Virus record (IMG/VR): IMGVR_UViG_3300037478_000518
Location: 1 to 58,033 of that record
Length of the DNA stretch: 58,033 bases
Strand: one strand, 5' to 3'
From: a virus
Taxonomy: Duplodnaviria > Caudoviricetes
Shown here: positions 26,758 through 33,795 of the stretch, piece by piece
Position numbering within the stretch: the first letter of the stretch is position 1
Layout of the letters: each line of letters starts with the position of its first letter
Program-made: the position numbers and the translations under genes
Notes under the pieces: generated by a model
Told to the model about the DNA's origin: nothing
Databases searched by the model: none
Seen by the model: the letters and a program-made list of their open reading frames with translations, nothing else

Positions 26758-27120
26758 TCAGACCACGGACGCGACGGGAACGTCAATGGCGAGCCGTCGA
26801 GCGGCCAGCAGTCGGCGTGCTTCCGCTCTGATGGGGTCCGTGACAGAGCGGGGCGTAGGTGTGTATCTGGTCCACGCGCCCGCCCGCTCCCGCAAGCGCC
26901 AGTACGCCTTCTCAGCTTCGATATGCGCGCCGGCAACCACAGCATCGCGATACCTGTCGCCGGTCACGATGCAGATCAGGCAACCGCTCCCAGCCTTGCT
27001 CAAGCGCCGGGATGGCGCGTCATCCCACGTTCCCGACGTCGCGTCCGCCAACCCCTGCAAGCCCGCATCATCCAACGTCGGCAACCATTCTTCGACGATG
27101 TACCGCATGTGCTTGTTCAT
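26758..27120 (-). CDS. Hypothetical protein
   Basis: GAGG RBS. Confidence 0.55.
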   Translation of the reverse strand: MNKHMRYIVEEWLPTLDDAGLQGLADATSGTWDDAPSRRLSKAGSGCLICIVTGDRYRDAVVAGAHIEAEKAYWRLRERAGAWTRYTPTPRSVTDPIRAEARRLLAARRLAIDVPVASVV

Positions 27121-27123
27121 TGC

Positions 27124-27333
27124 CTAAGCCTCTCTCGTTATCCGGCGACGAAACCGCCGCAGGCTCCGCAGCAGGATCGCCGCAGCGGTCCGCGTGACGA
27201 TGTCCGTATCCGCGCCCGAATTCAGGAGTACTTGCTCCGGCTGTCGCACACGAAGCCTTCGCAGCACCCTTATCGAGACCTCGCGATCGTCGGGCGCGAA
27301 AGGCCGCACCGTAATGACGTGGTAGCAGCGCAT
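27124..27333 (-). CDS. Hypothetical basic protein
   Basis: GGAGG RBS. Confidence 0.5.
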   Translation of the reverse strand: MRCYHVITVRPFAPDDREVSIRVLRRLRVRQPEQVLLNSGADTDIVTRTAAAILLRSLRRFRRRITREA

Positions 27334-27627
27334 TCAGCCCTCCACCGTCGCCACGAATGGATCCGGAGCGAACAACTTGTCCCGCCACGTCAAAGTCTTC
27401 GCGTTGGCCCGGCACGTCTCGCAGTTGTGGCCGACGACCACTACGGCCGCCGCACTGGGGTAGATGCTGCCGAGCGAATCGCCGACCTGAGCATTACAGC
27501 GACCGCAGTAGTAGTAGCCAAAAAAAGATGTTTGAATGCGACTGTGGCCCACGAGCGCACACACGACCTGGTTGCGCTCCTCCTGAGAAAGTCCGCGGAC
27601 TCTTTCCATCACTTCGCGCTTCGTCAT
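27334..27627 (-). CDS. Cys-rich hypothetical protein
   Basis: CGRC, CETC; GGAGG RBS. Confidence 0.6.
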   Translation of the reverse strand: MTKREVMERVRGLSQEERNQVVCALVGHSRIQTSFFGYYYCGRCNAQVGDSLGSIYPSAAAVVVVGHNCETCRANAKTLTWRDKLFAPDPFVATVEG

Positions 27628-27630
27628 CGG

Positions 27631-28053
27631 TCAGCCCTCCACCGCTCGGCACATAACGCCGTCATACGAAAGCCGCGCGCCGCACTGGCAGACAATCGTC
27701 CGAACGATGACCGCGCCATTCTCGCGCACGTCAGCGCCGGAGTAGTACGGCCCCGGGCGCTCGCATTTCGGACAGACTGGCGCACCCGGACCACGGAGGT
27801 TGTTCCCGTCCCCTTCCGGAGGTGGCGGCTCCGTAGCCCGAGTGGCCAGCCCCATCAGCGATACCGGCCGTTGCGGGGCAATTGTCGTCGCGTGCGTTGC
27901 GCAATCGTGGACAACGACCATGCCGCAACTAAGGCAGCGAGCGCCCACGGCCGTGATCTGATTCCGCGCATCGCGCGTTGTCGAGATCGCGAGAAAACGG
28001 CCCGAATTCGCGCACGATGGGCAGGTCATGCCGCGTTCGACGTACGTGCTCAT
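27631..28053 (-). CDS. Double Zn-ribbon protein
   Basis: CPSC..CLSC and CPKC..CQC. Confidence 0.55.
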   Translation of the reverse strand: MSTYVERGMTCPSCANSGRFLAISTTRDARNQITAVGARCLSCGMVVVHDCATHATTIAPQRPVSLMGLATRATEPPPPEGDGNNLRGPGAPVCPKCERPGPYYSGADVRENGAVIVRTIVCQCGARLSYDGVMCRAVEG

Positions 28054-28391
28054 CGTGACTCGTCGTACGCGAGATCCGTCCGCATATCGCGGAGATCTTC
28101 TGCGGTCGGGATGGCTGTCAGTTCGTCGCGGTGGCGTTGGCAGAGCGGGACTGCATCTGAGTCGCGAGACTGCGAGCCCAGAATTGCGATCTCGTGTCGC
28201 GCGGCAGTCTCGCGGTATGCGGCCTCGCCGGACTGCTCGATCCAGCCGGACCAGCGGCTACGGCCGCCCGTGTGCAGGAGAAACCGGACCTCGCCAGGCT
28301 CGTGCTCTTCGCCGGTGTTTGGGTTGAAGGTGCCGGCAGCGGGGCCGTCGCACTCGCGGCAGGGGTCGGCGATTTTTGATTGGTCGGACAT
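28050..28391 (-). CDS. Hypothetical protein, first early-left gene
   Basis: GAGGG RBS. Confidence 0.55.
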   Translation of the reverse strand: MSDQSKIADPCRECDGPAAGTFNPNTGEEHEPGEVRFLLHTGGRSRWSGWIEQSGEAAYRETAARHEIAILGSQSRDSDAVPLCQRHRDELTAIPTAEDLRDMRTDLAYDESR

Positions 28392-28491
28392 TGATCGAAC
28401 CCTCTTTCGTCGCTATGTTCGGGGCGGGCCAGTCTTGGCCCAACCCTCTGCCCCCGTTCGGGATTCACAGTCCCGGCGGGGGTCTGGCTTT

Positions 28492-28698
28492 TCAGACGGC
28501 CACTCGGTCCGCGGCCGGGCGAACTTTCTCGTAGTCAGCCATGATCTTCCCCCAGTCCACGTGCGCGCGGAGGACGTCGGACTCGGTGGAATCGCGAGCG
28601 GCGGCCAGGAGGCGAATCGCACGTTTCTCGGTCATGGTCAGCATGACCGACGTGCGCTCGGGCTTGGGTTCTTGCGTGCCGTTCTGTGAATCCGCCAT
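28492..28698 (-). CDS. Ribbon-helix-helix-like regulator (Cro position)
   Basis: RTSVMLT..EKRAIRLLAAARDSTESDVLR; divergent from the repressor. Confidence 0.65.
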   Translation of the reverse strand: MADSQNGTQEPKPERTSVMLTMTEKRAIRLLAAARDSTESDVLRAHVDWGKIMADYEKVRPAADRVAV

Positions 28699-28753
28699 GT
28701 TCCACCGCTTTGGTCAGGTTACGAGCGACCGTATACGCTCGACTCGATCCAAG

Positions 28754-29296
28754 ATGGGGGACATGTCCGAACATGTCAAGAGGGATGTCACGGAGGACGT
28801 TAGAGAAGCGGCGCTCCACTTGGAGAAGCTCGTTCAGGCGGGCAGAACCACACACGAAGCTGCCTCAGAGTGGATAGGCGTAAAGTCAAGAACCACAAGA
28901 CGTTGGGTCCAAAAGGCAGAGACAGGAAGCGTTTTCGTATACCGATCGAACGCAACTGCATTGGAGGAGTTCGTTGCGCTTGTCGAGTCCGGACATGTCC
29001 TGAACGCGCACCGTGATGGTCGTCACACGGCCGAGCCCAGCAGTGACTATGCGGCCGGAATGCTGAGGGTCATTCAGTCAATGCGGGACCATCTGGAGGG
29101 TCTTGAAATAGATGCTCGCCGTCACCAATCGGGAGAACTTCCGGTGTCGCCCAGCGTCGGCGCAGGGACAGAACGCGTAAAGGCGGGCGAGAAGGCAGCA
29201 CGTCGTACCAGTCACCCGCCCACTGAACAGCAACAATCTCCGCCCGGTCCTGAAGGTACGGGACTGCCTCCGGGCCAAAATGACGCATCAGGCTGA
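28754..29296 (+). CDS. HTH repressor-like protein (CI position)
   Basis: THEAASEWIGVKSRTTRRWV HTH; disordered C-terminus; no S24 peptidase motif seen. Confidence 0.6.
   Translation: MGDMSEHVKRDVTEDVREAALHLEKLVQAGRTTHEAASEWIGVKSRTTRRWVQKAETGSVFVYRSNATALEEFVALVESGHVLNAHRDGRHTAEPSSDYAAGMLRVIQSMRDHLEGLEIDARRHQSGELPVSPSVGAGTERVKAGEKAARRTSHPPTEQQQSPPGPEGTGLPPGQNDASG
28759..28790. promoter_or_regulatory. Candidate operators (ACATGTC repeats)
   Basis: GGACATGTCC palindrome at 28759 (again at 28991), ACATGTC at 28771, GGATGTC at 28783. Confidence 0.35.
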
Positions 29297-29399
29297 GAGG
29301 CCAGGGCCGGTCCCCGATCCGGCGAATGACGTAGTCGCCCTCGCCGGCATGAATCAGGTGGATTGGGTAGATGACGCGGTACACGAATTGGAGCTCCAT
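29070..29399 (-). CDS. Hypothetical protein overlapping the repressor 3' end antisense
   Basis: GGAGG 7 nt before ATG; protein-like N-terminal two-thirds. Confidence 0.55.
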   Translation of the reverse strand: MELQFVYRVIYPIHLIHAGEGDYVIRRIGDRPWPLSLMRHFGPEAVPYLQDRAEIVAVQWAGDWYDVLPSRPPLRVLSLRRRWATPEVLPIGDGEHLFQDPPDGPALTE

Positions 29400-29516
29400 C
29401 GTCGGACCTCCGCGATCTGGTCAGCCGGGGAGGCGGCCATTACAGACCGTTTCGGCACGTCGCAATGGTAAATTGAGCGCGGGAATTCGGACACTCGAGT
29501 CCGTCCGCGCGCGGAC

Positions 29517-29690
29517 GTGAAGAACGATCGCCGTTGGCCTGACGCCTGGCCACTGCTCCCACTGTTAGGCCTCGCCATCGCGGAGGCCGTCTATCTCGCC
29601 CGCAGCTCGCGCGAGACCGCGCAATGCGCATTGGCTGGCCTGGTCCTAGGTTTCGCCGCGTTCGTGCTGCTCCGGAGGCTCAGGCGGTGA
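29517..29690 (+). CDS. Small 2TM protein (57 aa, not in track)
   Basis: Two hydrophobic helices, basic tail; GTGA-coupled to the next gene. Confidence 0.5.
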   Translation: MKNDRRWPDAWPLLPLLGLAIAEAVYLARSSRETAQCALAGLVLGFAAFVLLRRLRR

Positions 29691-30844
29691 GGGCTGTATT
29701 TGTCGGGGTTGCCGCCCTGTACTACCTGCTTCTCGGCTCGTACTGCCTGGTGCGCCCGGGATCCGTCGTGCTCGAGCGCGAAGACTCATTCTTCGACATG
29801 GACGCAGGCGCGCGTCTCCACCAGCTCACGCACCCGAAGGTCGGGATGGGACCGGCCCTCTACCCGCATCCCGCCATCCCTTACGTCTACCGCCCGCCCG
29901 CGCTGGTCGCGACTGCGCTCCTCTCGATGCGCGGCGTTCCGTTCAACCATGCAATGGTCTACGTCGCACGAGGTATGATGGTTCTCATGCTCACCACCGG
30001 TGCGTACGCCATGCTCCGGATCGGTGAACAGGTCAGGCTTACCGGCGCTCGGCTGATGATCGTAATGCCGATTTATCTATTTGCGTCGGCGAATGTGACG
30101 GGCGTCGTGCCGGAAGCATGGGCCTTTTCCATGGCCCTACTTCCGCTGGCGTTCCTGTTGTTCCTCCGCCGCACCCTCGCCGCGACCCTCCTGCTCGTTC
30201 CTGTCGTCTTACTCGCGATCGGAACGACACTCACGAATGCAGCCTTTGCCGTGATTCTGGGGCTGGTTCTGTTGCGCGATCGGGTGCCCGGTCGCTGGGT
30301 GTACATCGGCGCAGGGGCACTCTTTGCGGCGATCCTCGCGCCGTGGCTCGTCAGGGGCATGAACGTCGCAGGCGAGGCCTACGGCGGACATTACTGGCAC
30401 TTCAGGATCCTCGCCACGCCCCTCCGTATGCTGGGTTCGGCGTTATTGTCGCCCGTCATCGCGCAGACGCCACACGTGGAGTCACACATCGGGCTTTCGG
30501 TTTTCCCTTTTGACGCAACAGCGTACGGAATCATCGCCGGGATCGGCGTGACCGCGTTCGTGGCCCTGCTCGCTTGGTGCGCCCGAATCGCGTTGTCGGA
30601 TGAATCACAGCGAACGCCAGCGCTCGTACTCGTCGCCTGGATTGGGTGCAGCGTCGTCCAGCACGGAATCTGGGGTGGGCAACCGTTCGTTTACTCAGGA
30701 CACTGGATGTGGGCGCTGATGGGGTTGGTTTTTCTCGGCGCGTCCAAGATCCCGATTCGGTACCTTGCACCACTCGCAGGATGCGTTATTGCAGGTCAGC
30801 TCGCCGCGCTCTACAACATCGGGATGGCACTGAGGCAGGTCTAG
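29687..30844 (+). CDS. Polytopic membrane protein, GT-C-like moron
   Basis: About 10 TM; acidic F-D-M-D in first loop, HP motif, PE in later loop; GGAGG RBS. Confidence 0.65.
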   Translation: MRAVFVGVAALYYLLLGSYCLVRPGSVVLEREDSFFDMDAGARLHQLTHPKVGMGPALYPHPAIPYVYRPPALVATALLSMRGVPFNHAMVYVARGMMVLMLTTGAYAMLRIGEQVRLTGARLMIVMPIYLFASANVTGVVPEAWAFSMALLPLAFLLFLRRTLAATLLLVPVVLLAIGTTLTNAAFAVILGLVLLRDRVPGRWVYIGAGALFAAILAPWLVRGMNVAGEAYGGHYWHFRILATPLRMLGSALLSPVIAQTPHVESHIGLSVFPFDATAYGIIAGIGVTAFVALLAWCARIALSDESQRTPALVLVAWIGCSVVQHGIWGGQPFVYSGHWMWALMGLVFLGASKIPIRYLAPLAGCVIAGQLAALYNIGMALRQV

Positions 30845-30968
30845 CCCCGGCCGGCCAACCCTCTGCCGCGCCGCCATCGCTCGACGCGCCCACGGGTCAG
30901 GGACTACCCGCGGGACCGGCCGGGAATAATTCTACTTAGGGCTAATGCGCAGATGTGCGCACATTTGA

Positions 30969-31487
30969 TCAAACCGCCGTTACAGAGGCGAACGTCAGCC
31001 TCAGCAACCGCCGGACCCATCCCTTGAGAAACGCCGCCTGGTCCGGCTTGTCCCGCACCCGGTCCGCGTAATGATCGCCCCGGAGTAGAAGCAGCCGCTC
31101 GACCAGCTCGCGCGCGTCCCGCGCCGCTACGGCGCGTCTCGTGATCGGCCCGACCATGCCATCCTCGCGCACGCCGACCGCACGTTGCATGTCCATGACC
31201 GCCCGCCTTGGCCCCCGCTGGACGGCGGTATCGAAGACAACGAGCGCGACGGCCGGCGGCCACTCGGAACAGTGCGCCGGCAACCAGTACATCTCGCGAT
31301 AGATCGCGCGGACCTCGTCGTCTTCGATCGAGCGCACGTTCCGCTCAGTCAGGCCGTTCCGCGCGCGCCAGGTATCGTAGGTCGATTGCGTCACGCCTCG
31401 ATTCGTAGCGCCGCCCGGATCCGATGCGTGGTCGCTGAATCCGCCCTCTTCCTCGAGGACGAACGCTAGCGACGCTTCGAGGCTCAC
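30969..31487 (-). CDS. Endolysin, glycoside hydrolase 108 + PG-binding
   Basis: EGGFSDHASDPGGATNRGVT, IY...YW, DGMVGPIT, FLKGWVRR. Confidence 0.92.
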   Translation of the reverse strand: MSLEASLAFVLEEEGGFSDHASDPGGATNRGVTQSTYDTWRARNGLTERNVRSIEDDEVRAIYREMYWLPAHCSEWPPAVALVVFDTAVQRGPRRAVMDMQRAVGVREDGMVGPITRRAVAARDARELVERLLLLRGDHYADRVRDKPDQAAFLKGWVRRLLRLTFASVTAV

Positions 31488-31624
31488 GCCGCTAATACGA
31501 TCACCGCGACCGCCAAAAACACGACCGCGATCAGTGTCCCCGACGCGATAGCCCCGAACCAACCGCCAGCAGCGCACAGCAGTGCGATCACGGCCAGCAA
31601 CAGGGCAATCTGTGACTTCGTCAT
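31484..31624 (-). CDS. Small 2TM protein (46 aa), holin/antiholin-like, not in track
   Basis: MTKSQIALLLAVIALLCAAGGWFGAIASGTLIAVVFLAVAVIVLAA; GGAG RBS; GTGA-coupled to endolysin. Confidence 0.6.
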   Translation of the reverse strand: MTKSQIALLLAVIALLCAAGGWFGAIASGTLIAVVFLAVAVIVLAA

Positions 31625-31642
31625 AACTCCACCTTTCTCGGT

Positions 31643-31909
31643 TCAGGCATCGGGCTGCGATCCCCTGAGCGTCACCGGCTGGTTCGTCAGCCAGCGCGTC
31701 ACGATGATGAGGACGCCGTTGACCAGCAGGATCCACTCGGACCAGGCATCCAGCAGCGGATGCACGGAGAGAAATGTCGCGACCGCGATCAGCAGCGTGA
31801 TCGCTCCGTGGATATTAGTCTTCGACTTCCAGAACGGTTTCGCTCCGACCACGGCGATGATGGTCTCGCGGTCTGGCGTCGGGACTTCGGTGTCCAGCGT
31901 ATCCGTCAT
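31643..31909 (-). CDS. Holin (2TM)
   Basis: KPFWKSKT followed by two TM helices and R..T..PV. Confidence 0.7.
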   Translation of the reverse strand: MTDTLDTEVPTPDRETIIAVVGAKPFWKSKTNIHGAITLLIAVATFLSVHPLLDAWSEWILLVNGVLIIVTRWLTNQPVTLRGSQPDA

Positions 31910-32211
31910 GCCGGCCTCCGCAACTTGCAAGTGGCGTGGATCTGCCCGATCGCTTTCATCGTGACGTCGTGGTGCCCGTCGACGTGTGTGGTCAGCCCAT
32001 TGACCGCCCGGCTGAGTCCCTCGATCTCGGCGCGAATCGCGACCAGCTCCCGTCTGATCGCCGCGTAACCCTCGATCTCGTTGAGTTGGCGATCCGTGAT
32101 CGCGGGCGGCTTTGCGCGGAGAATCGGGACCGCCCACCGCGCGATCACAAAGAGCCCCGCGCCCGCCAGCAGACTCGCCAGCAACCCGGCGACGTAGGCG
32201 AACGCCATCAT
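31906..32211 (-). CDS. 1TM + coiled-coil protein (putative lysis regulator)
   Basis: N-terminal TM, heptad coiled coil; ATGA-coupled to both 7TM gene and holin. Confidence 0.65.
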   Translation of the reverse strand: MMAFAYVAGLLASLLAGAGLFVIARWAVPILRAKPPAITDRQLNEIEGYAAIRRELVAIRAEIEGLSRAVNGLTTHVDGHHDVTMKAIGQIHATCKLRRPA

Positions 32212-32807
32212 GCTACCTCCAATTGCTTCGGCCGGGCTGCTGTCAACACCAGCCATGCCATCCACCCGAGCGCGGTGATTCTGACGAGCTGGTATCCGGC
32301 CCATGCGCCGCGCCACGCGGGATTCTCTGCGGGCGATGCGGCGCCCATGACCAGCAGAAACGGGATGGTGGCGGCGCAATAGATCACGATCGGCTCACGC
32401 CAGCGGCGCACGGTCTCATTCTGGAACGCGATCAGCGAGACGAGCGCGCCCAACTGGACCGACGCCACAACCTCGTGATTCCGGAAGTCGCCGACCGTGA
32501 ATGACAGCGCGACCACGAGAAGATAGACCAGCACGATGACCCGTTCCCACGGCAACTTGCCGAGCGCCAGCAGAAACACCGCCATCTGAACCGGCATGAG
32601 GATGTACGTGATCCATAGGTTGTCGCGGCCGTTGAGCGCGAGAAATAACCCCCACGTATCCGCAACCGCAGACAGCGCGAACCCGACCGATAAGAGCAGT
32701 GCGGCCGGCGCAACGGGCCGCTTCCGGAACCACGCGCCGCCACACACCGCGAGAGGGAGAGCGCCCGCAACGTGGGCGACGATGGCCAGGATCGTCCAAC
32801 CGATCAC
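32208..32807 (-). CDS. 7TM receptor-like membrane protein (199 aa)
   Basis: Seven hydrophobic segments, D in TM2, (D)NLWITYI at start of TM3; GTGA-coupled to the upstream gene. Confidence 0.7.
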   Translation of the reverse strand: MIGWTILAIVAHVAGALPLAVCGGAWFRKRPVAPAALLLSVGFALSAVADTWGLFLALNGRDNLWITYILMPVQMAVFLLALGKLPWERVIVLVYLLVVALSFTVGDFRNHEVVASVQLGALVSLIAFQNETVRRWREPIVIYCAATIPFLLVMGAASPAENPAWRGAWAGYQLVRITALGWMAWLVLTAARPKQLEVA

Positions 32808-33130
32808 GGACCGCCGCCCGGACAAAAGATCGGGCACGGCCAGCTTGCGTTTTCGCCGTCGTCGCCTTCGCCTTCGGCTTGCTCGGCCGCCGCTTCCTTG
32901 CTGGAAAACGACTCGGCGGTTGCCGTGTACATCCATAGGCTTACACGCTCGTTCGGCGTGCCCCTGTCCACGATGCCGAACCGTTCGCACAGCACGAGAT
33001 TCTTGTCCGACTTGAGCCGCGCGAGCTTGCGTTCAAGCATCGCGATTGCTTCGGCGTTGTGCCGCCAGTGTACTCGGGTATCAATCCCCAGCCGGTTTGC
33101 CGCTTCCACGCTTCGCCGCATGTCAGACAT
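32804..33130 (-). CDS. Small soluble protein with C-terminal NASWPCPIFCP motif (putative signal precursor)
   Basis: Alpha/beta core, acidic linker, terminal P-C-P-x-x-C; no signal peptide. Confidence 0.7.
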   Translation of the reverse strand: MSDMRRSVEAANRLGIDTRVHWRHNAEAIAMLERKLARLKSDKNLVLCERFGIVDRGTPNERVSLWMYTATAESFSSKEAAAEQAEGEGDDGENASWPCPIFCPGGGP

Positions 33131-33136
33131 AGACCC

Positions 33137-33394
33137 TCATCTGGTAGGAGTGCATTCGATGACCGGCAACGAGTCCAGCGGTGACGCGATCGTATCCGCT
33201 CGGGCTCGCCGGATCTGGAGATTATTGCTTGCTGCGATCGCGACACACACCTGATGAGCGTCCCGGTTGGTCTGTATGTCGACGCGGAGCCCCCACATCT
33301 GAAGCCCCACGGTTGCCCAGATGCCGGTCGCCGTCAGTATCGCGACGGTAAGGATAATCCGGACCTGATGCCGTGTTAGCTCTATCTCCGCCAT
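33137..33394 (-). CDS. 1TM protein with two Cys
   Basis: N-terminal TM; lysis-cassette position. Confidence 0.6.
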   Translation of the reverse strand: MAEIELTRHQVRIILTVAILTATGIWATVGLQMWGLRVDIQTNRDAHQVCVAIAASNNLQIRRARADTIASPLDSLPVIECTPTR

Positions 33395-33795
33395 AATAAC
33401 CTTACCTGTTCTTCGGACGCTTCCAGTTGCCGCTTGAGATCGTCGATCTGCCGCTGCATATCCGAAAACCGCTGCGCCGTGAATTGCTGCAAGCTCACAT
33501 GATTCGTGTTCGCGACCTCCAGTTGCCGTTGTGTGTCTTGGAGCTGCTTCGAGCGCACGATTGTCTGACTGACCAGCGTGCCGATGCCCAGAACGATAAC
33601 AGCCGCCAAGATCCCCAGCACCCACTTGAGCGTCCCGGACACGAGATCCGACACCTCAACGACGGGGCCCGATTGCTTTTCCGGTCCAGCGGTTCGCTCC
33701 ACTGCGTCGCCCAAGTCTCTTACCCTCGGTGGCCTGTAGGGTCGCTCCGCAAACGTCGCGTAGGGGCCGTCTGCTGCGATCATGCGTAAGGGCAT
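33382..33795 (-). CDS. 1TM + coiled-coil protein
   Basis: Central TM, C-terminal heptads. Confidence 0.65.
   Translation of the reverse strand: MPLRMIAADGPYATFAERPYRPPRVRDLGDAVERTAGPEKQSGPVVEVSDLVSGTLKWVLGILAAVIVLGIGTLVSQTIVRSKQLQDTQRQLEVANTNHVSLQQFTAQRFSDMQRQIDDLKRQLEASEEQVRLLWRR

Noticed and set aside
26518-28689. 723-aa plus-strand ORF
   Set aside because: It is in codon register antisense to a run of same-frame minus-strand genes. Arg/Ala-rich with no motifs, as expected for a GC-rich shadow ORF.
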